A stretch of DNA of 64,000 bases. Origin: Phycisphaerales bacterium. Lineage in GTDB: Bacteria; Planctomycetota; Phycisphaerae; WQYP01. Location: the NCBI GenBank assembly GCA_027451365.1, contig DAIDJN010000058.1, positions 64,001 through 128,000 on the forward strand, written 5' to 3'. Positions within the stretch are counted from its first letter, which is position 1; the number at the start of each line of letters is the position of its first letter. The notes below the pieces were generated by a model. It searched no databases. It had not been told where the DNA came from and saw only the letters and a program-made list of their open reading frames with translations. Shown here in pieces: positions 1 through 12,100 of this stretch. The position numbers and the translations under genes are program-made.

Positions 1-701
1 GCCGGGGTGGTGTTCTGGGCTTCGTCCAGAATGACAATGGATTCATTGAGCGTGCGCCCTCGCATATAGGCCAGCGGGGCCAGTTCGATCATGTCATTGG
101 CCATAAAGCGACGGATCTGTTCAAAGGGCATGCGATCGTGCAGTGCGTCCAGCAATGGCCGCAGGTACGGATTCACCTTGGCTTGAATATCACCGGGCAG
201 AAAACCGAGCTTTTCGCCGGCTTCCACGGCGGGGCGCACCAGTACCAGCCGCCGGGCCTCGTTATCGCGCAACATCCCTACCGCCAGCGCCACCGCCAGG
301 AAGGTTTTTCCGGTGCCCGCCGGCCCGACACAGAACACCATATCATGTTTAAGAATAGCTTCCACATAGCGCTGCTGGCCTGGTGTTCGTGGTTCGACAC
401 CGCCACCCAGACTGGACCGCGCGATTCCACCATGGTCGCTGCCGCTTCGCTGGCTTACGCTGGCGACCACTGAGGCAATTTGGTCGGCGGAAATATGCTG
501 TCGCCGATGGGCTATTTTTTTCAGTTCAGCCAGAGCGGCTGCGCAATGCTCCACAGCGACCGGATCGCCGCTGATTCTTAACTCGTCATCGCGAGCGCTG
601 ATCTGCACATTCAAAAGCTGCCGCAACGTTTTAAGGTTTCTGTCCGCCATTCCGAACAGCGCCAGCCGTCGTTCGGATTCAATTTGCAGGGTAACAACCA
701 A
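1..701 (-). CDS. phoH: PhoH-family ATPase (3' end runs off the window)
   Basis: Not in the ORF track because it is truncated. The minus strand reads IELAPLAYMRGRTLNESIVILDEAQNTTP (PhoH signature). There is an in-frame TTG at 701 preceded by an AAAGGAG Shine-Dalgarno, and an N-terminal LFGMADRNLKTL motif. Confidence 0.92.
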   Translation of the reverse strand, partial: MVVTLQIESERRLALFGMADRNLKTLRQLLNVQISARDDELRISGDPVAVEHCAAALAELKKIAHRRQHISADQIASVVASVSQRSGSDHGGIARSSLGGGVEPRTPGQQRYVEAILKHDMVFCVGPAGTGKTFLAVALAVGMLRDNEARRLVLVRPAVEAGEKLGFLPGDIQAKVNPYLRPLLDALHDRMPFEQIRRFMANDMIELAPLAYMRGRTLNESIVILDEAQNTTP

Positions 702-1034
702 GCGATCTCCTTTAACCGGAACCTATTCTATGCCCTTGGCGGTCAGAATTCGAGGCCGCCAATGCGGGAAAGTCAGAGCAAGGAATTCGGATGCCGTTGG
801 TGAACGTCTTTCACGTGTGCTCACTTTTGGAATTTTTGCCTTTCACCTATTCGCCTGCGCCGACGCGGCGGGCACTCTGTCGGCCCGTATCAATCCTTTC
901 GGGCGGCGGGTTTGACCACCTTTTGATGCGCGATATTCGACAACGCTGAAAGGTTCTCCGGGTGGGGCGCTTTAACCAATCCGGATAATCGCGTATTATT
1001 CCGCAGTGAAATAGTTCTAAAAGGAACGTGCTGC

Positions 1035-4000
1035 ATGAAAAAACTTCTGGTTGCCAACCGCAGTGAAATTGCCATCCGTGTGTTGCGCGCCGCGACCGAG
1101 CTGGACCTGCAAACCGTGGCCATTTACAGCCACGAAGACCGTTATTCACTGCATCGTTTCAAGGCGGACGAGAGCTATCAGGTTGGCGGCCCGGATGCGC
1201 CGGTTAAAAATTATCTGAATATTCCAGCCATTATTTCCCTGGCGCGGGAACATCAGGTTGACGCCATTCACCCCGGTTACGGGTTTCTTTCTGAAAATGC
1301 GGATTTTGCCCAGGCATGTGCCGATGCGGGGATCACTTTCATCGGACCAACCGCGGACATGCTGCGAAGTTTTGGCGATAAAACGGCCGCCCGTTCGATC
1401 GCCCGCAAGGCTGGCGTGCCCATTCTGCCGGGGACTGAACATGGCGTCACGGATGCGGCAAAAATTAGGAAAATGGCGCGTGACATTGGCTTTCCACTCA
1501 TTATCAAGGCCAGTTTCGGCGGCGGCGGACGTGGGATGCGCATCGTCAAAGCCGCTGATGAACTCTCCAGTCGGCTGGAAGAGGCCCAGCGCGAAGCGGG
1601 GGGCGCTTTCGGCAAATCGGAAGTGTTTCTGGAACGTTATATTACCCAGGCCAAACATATTGAAGTGCAATTGCTGGGTGATACCCATGGCAATCTGGTG
1701 CATCTTTTCGAGCGAGACTGCTCCGTGCAGCGGCGGCATCAGAAGGTTGTGGAACTTGCCCCCAGCATCGGGCTGGATGCCGATCTGCGGAAAAAGATAT
1801 GCCAAAGCGCTGTCGATATCGGTCGGCAAGTCGGTTACCGCAATGCCGGCACGGTGGAATTTCTGGTGGATGTCCAGACCGGCGAGTTCTTCTTTATTGA
1901 GGTTAATCCGCGCATTCAAGTGGAACATACTGTCACGGAAATTATCACCGGAATTGATCTGGTCAAGGCTCAAATTCTGGTCGCGCAGGGGCATTCGCTT
2001 CATGCCGCGCCAATTCACATTCCCCAACAGGGTCAGCTTACCCATCGAGGAGTGGCGCTGCAGTGTCGAATCACCTCTGAAGATCCGGCCAACCAGTTTA
2101 TTCCCGATTACGGACGGATTACTTCCTACCGTTCCCCGGCGGGGTTTGGCGTGCGATTGGATGGTGGAACTGCCTACACCGGCGCGGTCATTACTCCCTA
2201 CTTTGATTCACTGCTGGTGAAGCTGACCTGCTTTTCCCCCACGCTGGAAGAAACGGTAGCCCGTACGCTGCGGGCACTTTCCGAATTCCGGGTGCGCGGG
2301 GTGAAAACCAACATTCCGTTTCTGGAAAATGTGGTTTGTCATCCATCGTTTTTATCCGGCGAAGCCACCACTACCTTTGTGGACAATACGCCGGCGCTTT
2401 ACCGCTTTTCGGCACGGCGCGACCGGGCTACGAAATTGCTCAGTTATCTTGGCGATGTGATTGTAAACGGGTCGCCGGAGGTCAAACGGACTCCGGATAT
2501 CTCCCTTATGACACCGGCGCCAGTTGTGGCCTGGCCCCGCGATATGCCGCTGCCCGAAGGTTCACGCGATCGTTTCAAAAAGCTTGGCGCTAAGGCATTC
2601 TGCCAGTCGCTGCTGTCGGACAAGGCGCTGCTGTTTACGGATACCACCATGCGTGATGCCCACCAGTCTCTGCTGGCCACGCGCATGCGTACCGTGGATC
2701 TGCTGGGGCCGGCGGATGCCTATGCCCATCTGCTGCCGAACCTGTTCAGCCTGGAAATGTGGGGCGGTGCCACATTTGATACCGCCATGCGGTTCTTGCA
2801 TGAAGATCCGTGGCGGCGGCTGGCCAAGTTGCGCCAGCGGATTCCCAATGTGCTTTTTCAGATGCTTTTGCGCGCCAGCAACGCCGTTGGCTATACCAAT
2901 TATCCGGACAATGTGGTACGGCATTTTGTGAAAACCGCCGCCGACAACGGGATGGATGTTTTCCGCGTATTTGATTCGCTGAATTGGACCCGCAACATGA
3001 CGGTGGCGATGGACGCGGTGCTTGACAGCGGCGCAATTCTGGAAGCTGCAGTCTGTTACACAGGCGATATTCTGAATCCGCGTCGGGAAAAATATTCCCT
3101 GAAATATTATGTCAAGATGGCCAGAGAACTGGAGAAAATGGGGACGCATATTCTGGGCATCAAGGATATGGCGGGGCTGTGCAAGCCATTCGCCGCGCAC
3201 AAGCTGGTCAAGGCGCTGCGCGATGAAATCAGCATTCCCATTCATTTTCACACGCATGATACGGCGGGCACGCAGTCGGCCGCGATTCTGCTGGCCGCCC
3301 AGGCGGGCGTGAGTATTGTGGATGCCGCCATCAGTTCCATGAGCGGCATGACCTCGCAGCCGAACATGAATTCTCTGGTGGCCGCGCTGGCCAACACCCC
3401 ACGCGACAGCGGGCTGAATTCCGAGGCGCTGGCCCGTCTGGCTGATTACTGGGAAGCCGTCCGCCGATATTACCAGCCGTTTGAAGAAGGCATGCTGGCG
3501 GGCACCGCTTCGGTCTATGAACATGAAATGCCGGGTGGGCAATATACCAATTTGCGTGTTCAAGCCCGCAGCCTCGGCCTGGCGGATCGCTGGAATGAAG
3601 TGGCACGCATGTATGCGCGTGTGAACGAACTTTTTGGCGATATTGTGAAGGTGACTCCCTCCAGCAAAGTCGTGGGGGATATGGCGCTGTTCATGGTCAC
3701 CAATAATCTTGAACCTGAACATGTGCTGGACGCTTCACGCCATATTGATTTCCCGAAAAGCGTAGTCGAAATGCTGCGCGGTGACCTTGGCCAACCACCC
3801 GGTGGATGGCCAAGGGAACTTCAGAAGATTGTATTAAAGGGAAAAAAGCCGCTCAATGGCCGCCCCGGAGCGCGGCTGGAATCCGTTGACTTGGCGGTGG
3901 CTGAAAAGGAATTGAGCGGCAAACTTCACCGCGACGTCAGTCAGCCGGATCTGGCCAGTTATCTGATGTATCCGGAGGTGTTTCTGGCGTTTGAACGTTT

Positions 4001-4472
4001 CCGCCGACAATACGACGATGTCAGTGTGATTCCGACGCCAGCCTTTTTCTACCCCATGCAGCCCTACGTTGAAGTTCCGATTGAACTCGAGCCGGGCAAA
4101 ACCATGCTGGTTAAATTTCTGACTGTGGGCGATCCGGATCCGGATGGCAATCGCACTGTATTTTTCGAACTGAATGGTCAGCCGCGCGAAGTAAAGGTGA
4201 CGGATAAATCGCTGACGGGCAAAGCCCGCGCCAGCCTGCCCAAGGCGGAACGGGACAACGCTTCGCAGGTCGGTGCGCCAATGCCCGGAAAAATTTCCGC
4301 GGTGTCGGTCAGTCTGGGGCAGTCGGTGGTGCGCGGCGATAAACTGCTGTCCATTGAGGCGATGAAAATGGAAACCGCGGTCTATAGCCCACGCGATGGC
4401 AAAATTTCCAAGATTAACGTTCAACCGGGTCTGCTGGTGGCCACGGGTGACCTCCTTATAGAATTTGAATAA
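1035..4472 (+). CDS. pyc: Pyruvate carboxylase
   Basis: 1145 aa with biotin carboxylase N-terminus (KLLVANRSEIA, HPGYGFLSEN, GGGGRGMR), carboxyltransferase domain (RDAHQSL, WGGATFD, HEMPGGQYTNL) and biotinyl motif EAMKME. Confidence 0.98.
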   Translation: MKKLLVANRSEIAIRVLRAATELDLQTVAIYSHEDRYSLHRFKADESYQVGGPDAPVKNYLNIPAIISLAREHQVDAIHPGYGFLSENADFAQACADAGITFIGPTADMLRSFGDKTAARSIARKAGVPILPGTEHGVTDAAKIRKMARDIGFPLIIKASFGGGGRGMRIVKAADELSSRLEEAQREAGGAFGKSEVFLERYITQAKHIEVQLLGDTHGNLVHLFERDCSVQRRHQKVVELAPSIGLDADLRKKICQSAVDIGRQVGYRNAGTVEFLVDVQTGEFFFIEVNPRIQVEHTVTEIITGIDLVKAQILVAQGHSLHAAPIHIPQQGQLTHRGVALQCRITSEDPANQFIPDYGRITSYRSPAGFGVRLDGGTAYTGAVITPYFDSLLVKLTCFSPTLEETVARTLRALSEFRVRGVKTNIPFLENVVCHPSFLSGEATTTFVDNTPALYRFSARRDRATKLLSYLGDVIVNGSPEVKRTPDISLMTPAPVVAWPRDMPLPEGSRDRFKKLGAKAFCQSLLSDKALLFTDTTMRDAHQSLLATRMRTVDLLGPADAYAHLLPNLFSLEMWGGATFDTAMRFLHEDPWRRLAKLRQRIPNVLFQMLLRASNAVGYTNYPDNVVRHFVKTAADNGMDVFRVFDSLNWTRNMTVAMDAVLDSGAILEAAVCYTGDILNPRREKYSLKYYVKMARELEKMGTHILGIKDMAGLCKPFAAHKLVKALRDEISIPIHFHTHDTAGTQSAAILLAAQAGVSIVDAAISSMSGMTSQPNMNSLVAALANTPRDSGLNSEALARLADYWEAVRRYYQPFEEGMLAGTASVYEHEMPGGQYTNLRVQARSLGLADRWNEVARMYARVNELFGDIVKVTPSSKVVGDMALFMVTNNLEPEHVLDASRHIDFPKSVVEMLRGDLGQPPGGWPRELQKIVLKGKKPLNGRPGARLESVDLAVAEKELSGKLHRDVSQPDLASYLMYPEVFLAFERFRRQYDDVSVIPTPAFFYPMQPYVEVPIELEPGKTMLVKFLTVGDPDPDGNRTVFFELNGQPREVKVTDKSLTGKARASLPKAERDNASQVGAPMPGKISAVSVSLGQSVVRGDKLLSIEAMKMETAVYSPRDGKISKINVQPGLLVATGDLLIEFE

Positions 4473-4855
4473 TAACATTGGCAGATTCCGGCAATAACAC
4501 GAATTGAAGCGCGTCTGGGAAGGTCATCCTGACTGGGATACGTTGGAGACATTTGCTGGCGCTTGCGGGATTTGAGAAGAGGCCTTTCCGTCAGCCCAAA
4601 AGGCCCGCTTTGGTGTTGTCTGTTTTTCACTTTCTAAAATCTTCCGTTCTTATTCTGGTAGCGCGTTCACTTGCGCGCTGGTGGTTGGGGCGTGCAGGGA
4701 GCGGCAATTGAATGCCCGGTCCCTGATGAATTGTTGAATGCGGCAGATCATGACTTTTCACGTAAGTTTGCCATGTAAAATTAGTTCAAAGACATTCGGA
4801 GAACGCGTCCGATAACACAAACAGTCGATTCCGCATCTTTCCGCACCCGCTCCGC

Positions 4856-5329
4856 GTGCATACCATCTTAATGATCTGGGAGAGAGTCGGCTCTCTTTTG
4901 GAGGCTTTTGTCATGTCTGGGAATATTACCAGTTATTTCTGGCTGGATTTCGTGAATCTGCTGCGTTTTCTCCGCTGGCGCTGCTTTTTTGCGGCTGTGG
5001 GCTGGATTCCGGTATTTTTTCTTTCCGTTCCACTTTCTCATGGCCCATGGATGATGTTGACCATGGTACTGGGCGCGGTGGCGGGGGCCTTCATTGGCTG
5101 GAATATTGCTGACGGTGCGGGCGACCAGGTCGCCTTCAGTGGGTTTTTCCTTATTTTTTTGCTGGTGCTGGCTTCCTGGGTCACGATATGGGGAGCCGAT
5201 TTTATACTGCAATCGCTCGCGCATCTGGCCTTTGGCTGGCAATTTAACTTTGGCCGTTGGATGACGCTGGCCAGCGCCACTTTTTTCAGCCTTATATCCG
5301 CCGCCAAAAGTGAATTGATGGACGACTGA
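4856..5329 (+). CDS. Hypothetical integral membrane protein (about 4 TM helices; start uncertain, possibly a downstream ATG)
   Basis: Hydrophobic 157-aa ORF filling the intergenic space; GGAGG lies before an internal ATG (MSGNITS). Confidence 0.55.
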   Translation: MHTILMIWERVGSLLEAFVMSGNITSYFWLDFVNLLRFLRWRCFFAAVGWIPVFFLSVPLSHGPWMMLTMVLGAVAGAFIGWNIADGAGDQVAFSGFFLIFLLVLASWVTIWGADFILQSLAHLAFGWQFNFGRWMTLASATFFSLISAAKSELMDD

Positions 5330-5680
5330 TAGAACCGTTGTCTGTGCCATGGCGTGCGCATGCCCGGTTTGGTGCAAAGAGTATCAGGTTGGCGGAGCGC
5401 CACTTTTACGGGTGCGCTGACTTGCCATTAAGCGAACGCCGACACCGGTGAAAAACAGCTCGGCAGTGGTCATAAGAGCGGTCGTTGCAATTTACAGGTA
5501 AATAAGAATCGCGCAAAAACGCGGTTTGGCTATGGATGGCGATAAATAATAGTGGTTGGGAATGGCGTTCAGTCCGCCCGCCGACCGGTTATACGCGGTT
5601 ATGCGTAGCGGCATCCGTGCAGTTCACCTGTGGGCCAGTTGGTTCGTAATTTTACGTATCGAATTATCTAAGTATTCTAT

Positions 5681-5709
5681 TTGACTTTCGCGCGGCCATA
5701 ATTTATTCT
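5681..5709 (+). promoter_or_regulatory. Candidate sigma70 promoter for the giant PEP-CTERM gene
   Basis: TTGACT-N17-TATTCT, about 410 nt upstream of the ATG at 6122. Confidence 0.4.
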
Positions 5710-6121
5710 TTGGCTCGACGACGGTCGAGTTCGTGACTGGTGCAGGCCCGGTCGCTTGCGGTCGTCCGCAAACAGATAGTTTTTCCGGGAATTGAGAGCA
5801 AGTTGCGATTTTCAATTCCCACCATTGCCACGGATCGGCTCGCATTCGTATGTGTAAATCAGTTTAGGAGGCAGGGTGCAACGTACCGCCGCGGATTCGG
5901 TGCCACACGGGAGCAGACGCATGTGTACATGCCTTATGTTTGACGCAGCGCACCGGGCGGAAGCTCAGGGCCATCTGCAGGCGCCGCACGGCCCATCGCC
6001 TTGCACGCCAGAAAATGTAAAGGCGGCTGTTGTCTATACGGCGCGTTGTGTTCCAACTTGAACATATATGATCAGTGCCTGTGCGGTTCTAAATTACCAG
6101 CCTACCCAAAGAGGTAAAAAA

Positions 6122-9100
6122 ATGAAAAGCAAAATGGTCAATCGGTTGATGGCGGCCGCTACGGCGGCGATGTTCGGGACATTCTTGGGGCACACGGCAC
6201 AGGCCAATTCGCCGACAGTCAACAATGTGGATTGGATATTGGCCGGATCCGGCAATTGGAATGCCGCTGGTACCAACTGGTCCGGAGGTATTATACCGAA
6301 TAATACCTCCACCAATGTGTACGATGTTTCCCTCGATCTGGCGGATGGCGGAATTTACAACGTGACGATTCCTTCCAATGCGTCGTACAATGTTGACGGT
6401 CTGACTTTAAGCAACGCGAACGCGGCTTTAACGATTGCCGCAAACGGCATACTGGATATTTCTCAGCCGGACAACAATGGCGCGTCGGGGACGCTATCGG
6501 TTCAGCAAGGCGACTTTACGCTAAATGGCACTTTAGCTAATTCAGTGTTATCTGTTGGTGTCGGCGGAACTTTTTCCTCAAATTCCGGTACATTTGAAAA
6601 TGTTGTTCTGGGCAGCAATCTTTCGGTTGGTTCTTATCAGGCGTTAAATGTTACCGATTCACTGAATAATTCCTACGGGTTAAACGCGGCTGGGGAATTA
6701 ATCACGTTGAATGTCGGCGCGGGGTTGGTTTTCACCGACACGTTTGACCCAAAATTCAACCGATTTGTGCCCAATATATTAAACGGCACAATGGATATGA
6801 CAGGTTACAACAATTACTTAACCGCACAAAATGGCCCGACGGAACTTGCCGGCACGGTGAATGTTCTGGCGGCAAATGGCACGGAATACATGAACGGCAA
6901 TGGGCTTTTATGGAACAATGGATACATTAACGTTGGATCAAATGGTACCATCGCCGATGCGGTTTCCGGCAGCACTTTATATATCAACGCGTCAGCGTTT
7001 AACAATACCGGTAACATAACGGTATTCAATTCATCCACGCTGAATGCCACAGCATTTACGAATTCAGGGACTGTCGCCACCGCCGCCAGCGCGGGTATTC
7101 AGACCGGGACCGGCTCGGCAATTATGGATTTTAAGGGTGACTGGTCGAATACCGGCACCATTGAAGCGGCTGCGGGCGATACAATTAATCTCGGCGGAGC
7201 GTTCAACCCGCAGGACATCGGCCTGTCCACAATGGCGGGTGTAACAAATGGGGCGTTTTCGCCCGATGGGGCGACCGTCAATATTTCCGGAACCATTAAC
7301 AACACCGGAAACAACCTGAATTTTGCGGCCGTCATCGGACCATGGAACCTAAATGGTGCCGTCATTACCGACGGGACGCTCACTGTGCAGAACGGCGCGG
7401 GCGCACAGGACATTAAAATCCTTAACGCCAGCGTCCAGAATACGAAACTTGGTTCCAATCTTATAATTCAAAACAATGGCTACAGCGGCGGACTGACCGT
7501 GAACAATACTGTGGCCAACCCGCTGGGGCTCGATTTTAATGGTTACAACATAACTCTTGCCGGAAGTTATGCCAGTCTCACATTCAACGCCACTTATGAT
7601 CGCGTCTTTGCGGCCTATGTTCCGGAGTCGGTAAATGGCATTATCAACCTTGCGGCGTATCAAAGCCAGTTGAATGGTAATCAGATTGCGATATTTAACA
7701 GTGCCATTAACAGCTATTCGACATCAGGTACCAATTACATCGGTGGCGGAACCATTACGAATGCCGGTGTTGTCCGTGTTGGATCGGACGGCACGCTGGG
7801 CAATACCGTTACCGGCGACACGCTGACCATTAACAGCAACAATTTTACAAATGCCGCCAGTGGAACCATCGCCGTTTACAATGGTGACATCTTGAATTTC
7901 AATTCCTATGGTGGCACCACCAACGCGGGGCTTATCACCACAGCCGGTGCGGCGACACTGCAATCCGGAACCGCTTCAGCCACTATCAATTTTAGTGATG
8001 GTTGGTCCAATACCGGAACTATCCGTGCAACGGCTGGCGATACAATTAATCTCGGCGGTACGTTTAATGCCGCGGATATTGGTATTGCCGGTGCAACCGG
8101 CCAGGGTGCGTTTACGCCCAACGGTGCGACGGTCAATCTTTCCGGCACCATGAATATCCAAGGCGGCGTAGCCACGTTTGACGCGGCCCACGGACTGATC
8201 AATTTGGGTGGGGGAACTTTTGAAAACGGCACGGTTGTTGCGCAGAACAATACGGGAACGCAATACCTGGCCATCAGTTCCGGAACCTTTCAGAATATCA
8301 CACTGGGAAGCAACCTTTCCGTCGCCGGCTCATTGTATCTGACCGGAACAACCGAAAATACGAATGAACTGAATTTTAACGGTTATGCCGTTACCCTTAC
8401 GGGTTCCGGCAGCGTTTTAAATCCTTATGACGTCTCGGTGAATGGCGTGTATGTGCCAGAGGTTCTTTCCGGCACAATTAACCTGGCGGGAAATAACTCT
8501 TCAGTCAACGCCTATCAGGGGCCGCTGACACTGGCGGGAACGCTTAACGCGCTGGCGCCTGGAAATTTTAATTTTATCGGCGGCTATTCCGGTCCGGTCA
8601 CCAACACCGGACTAATTTATGTGGGGTCCGCAGCCATCGGCGGCAATGCCATAAGCGGCGCGGCCCTTACGGTCCGCCCGACATTTATAAATGCCGGTAC
8701 GATGACCGCTTTTAATTCAGATTTTCTGAATCTGAATTCCAACACATGGTCCAACAGTGGCGTTATTCAAACCGGCGTTGCCGCAGGTTTGCAAGCTGGC
8801 CCAGGCTCCGCAACGCTGAATATCGGCGGGGCGGGTGGAAACTGGTCAAATAGCGGTCGCATTGTCGCCGCCGCCGGGGACACCATTAATCTTGGCGGCA
8901 CGTTTAACGCCGCGGATATTGGCATTGCCGGAACGGCGGGGGAGGGTACCTTTGCGCCCAATGGCGCAACCGTCAATTTAACAGGCACAATGAACATTCA
9001 GGGTGGCACGGCAACGTTTGACGCGGCACACGGGCAAATGACCCTTAGTTCCGCGACCATTGAAAATGGCACGCTGGTTTCCCAGGATTCTCGCGGCAAC

Positions 9101-12100
9101 AGCTATCTGAATTTTGGCAGTGCCACATTTCAGGGTGTCACGCTGGGCAGCAACCTGCTGGTGAATGGGAATAATTCCACCCTGACGATTAACGGCACAC
9201 TCGCGGTGCCGCAGGGCCTGAATATTGGCGGCTACGCGGTTACCACATCCGGCTCCGCCACCAATATTGTCGTTAACGATGCGGACCAATATCTGTCTAG
9301 CGGGCTTGTTTATTCGGCCCAAATGCTCAATGGCACAATCAATCTGGCCGGGGCCGCCGATACGCTGACGTCCCAAAATAGCCTTACCCTGGCTGGCACA
9401 ATCAACGCGCTGGCCGCTGATAGTTATGACACTATCAGCAACGTTGCTGGCATCTTAACCAATTCCGGCAGCCTGAATGGCGGCTCGGCGACGGTCAGCG
9501 GGACGGCTTTGAATATCGCGGGTTCAGCTTTTGTCAACAGCGGCACCATTACCCAATTCGCGGGCGACACGCTTTCGCTGGGATCAACCGTTTGGTCGAA
9601 TACTGGCACGATCACTGGTACTGGTGTCGGCGGAGGCGGAATCAATTTTGGCGGTCAATTCACTGCAGCCGATATTGGCATTGCCGGCACGGCGGGCGAA
9701 GGAACGTTCAATCCGAACGGTGCCAAAGACGTATTGAATGGTACCATGAATATTCAAGGCGGCACTGCGACATTTGACAGCGCGCATGGCGTATTCATAT
9801 TTACCGGAACAATCGAAAACGGCACGCTGGTAACGCAGGTCATCGGAGGAAACCAGTTACTCCAAATTAACGGCGGGACTTTTCAGAATGTCACGCTGGG
9901 CAGTAATCTGGCGTTGGGTGGTCCGAATGATCCAAATGCCATCACGCTGACAATTGCCAACACCGCGTCTGACGCCGCCGGCCTTGTGCTTAATGGCAAC
10001 ACGGTGAACTTATTGGGAAATAGCGCGACACTGAATTACGTCGATGCCAGCAATGGATCGGATGTGGCACAGTCCATTGATTCCGGTGTCACCAATCTAA
10101 GTGGTAAAGACGCAGCAATCAATACCAATGGAACCCTCACGCTGGAACAGGGCGCGGTTATTAACAGCCTTGCGGGCAACCATGGCGAAAATATCATAAA
10201 TGGCAATTCTTTTGTGAATCAGGGGCTTATCAATGTTGGTTCGCCAACTGTTACCGGTAACACACTGGAGATTCTTGCCGCCGGTTTCACCAACGCCACC
10301 ACCGGCGTTATCACTGTTTACAACGGCAACGATCTGAACATTTCTTCCGCCAATTGGATCAATGATGGCCTGATTCAAACCAGCGGGGCCGCGGGGCTTA
10401 GTTCCGCCGGAGGCGCCAGTCTGACTTTCAACGGTTCGTGGACCAATAATGGCCAGATTAAAGTCACCGCATTTGATGTGGTGAACTTTGGTGGATCGCA
10501 GCAGACAGGTACGGGCACCATCAGTGTCGCCGGGTATACACCGGTTCAGCTAACGAACACGGGTTCGATTGCCATCGGTTCGGCCACGCAAAACGTGTCG
10601 GCGTTCATCAACGCGGCCAATTTCACCAACAGTTCCACCGGCAAGCTCGAGGTGTTCACCGGCAGTGAGTTGCAAATTGGAGACATTTACACCAACAGCA
10701 ATTCCACCAACAGCGGATTGATCGAAACCAGCGCTGCGGCGGGCGATACTTCGGCTTCCGGAGCCACGCTTACGTTTGCCGGCAACTGGAGCAATACCGG
10801 CACAATTGCCGCAACCTATGGCGATACGGTTAATCTGACCGGCACTTTCTCCATGGCCAGTATTGGGTTAAATGGCGGCGGCACGCAGGGTACGTTTACG
10901 CCCGGCGGGGCCAACATCAATCTATACGGGAATATCGATCAGCAGGGCGGTTCCACGTTGAATCTCGGGCAGACGGGGAATCCGGCGCATATCGGCACGC
11001 TGACGATTGAAAAACATGGTGTGTATACGCTGGAAAACGGAGCCACGCTGGCCAATGCGGTTTTAAGTATCGCATCGGGCGGCGGTTCGAGCAGTTATAC
11101 CGGCACAGTAAGCGTCGCTGGCTACGCCAATGCCACATTCCAGAATGTGACAATCGGTTCATTGCCAACAGGTTCCGGCATCGGTCTGTCCAACACCGGG
11201 TCCACGCTTACGGTGGCCAATACCGTGGCAAATCCGATCGGTCTAAATTTGGGCGGGACGAATGTCTCGCTGGGCGGCCAAAACGATGCTTTGGCCTTCC
11301 GCGATGCCAGCAATGGCGGCAGTGATGTAGCCCAAACGCTTGACGACATGACCACGATTACCGGCGCGGGCGACACCATTACCACCAATGGCTTACTGAC
11401 CCTGGCCGGGACGGTAAACGTCATTATTCCTGTTGGAAATAATAAATCCGGCGAAGCCTTTCTTTCCGGTGCCACAATTGTGAACAGCGGCAACATAAAT
11501 GTCGGCTTTGATGGCACCACCTCCAATACCACGGCAAATAATATCCTGGTGATTAACCCCGTCTCATTCACCAATAACTCAACGGGTGTGATTACCGTTT
11601 ACAACTCCAACGTGCTGGATATTGCCGCGACGAACTGGTCCAACGCGGGAACCATTCAAACCGCCGCCGCAATTGGTGATACCCCGGCCGCAGGCTCGGG
11701 CGCGGTTCTGGAATTTAACGGCTCCTGGACCAACACAGGCACTATCCGTTTAACTTCGTTTGATGAAGTGGTTTTTGGTTCAAACCCCGGCGTCGGTTCC
11801 ACGGGAACTATTGGCACGGCAGGGCAAATAGTTCAGGCGTCAAATGCCGGTAAAATTGATGTTGGATCGGCCGGCACCACGGGACTCTATACTCTCATCA
11901 GTACGAATACTTTCACCAACAGTTCAACCGGAAAAATTGAAGTATTCAATGGCAATACCCTGCTGCTGGGTGATCCCTATGGTTATCCGACCACCTGGTC
12001 CAACGCCGGAACCATTGCCAGCGCCACCGCGGCGGGTGACCAAACTGGCGGCGGTGCAACCATTTATTTCTACGGCAATTGGAGCAATAGCGGCAGCATT

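Noticed and set aside
1146..3722. Long antisense ORFs (299 aa, 386 aa) over pyc, and similar ones over cysD, the DUF4175-like gene and GH2
   Set aside because: Shadow frames of well-supported genes with no motifs of their own.
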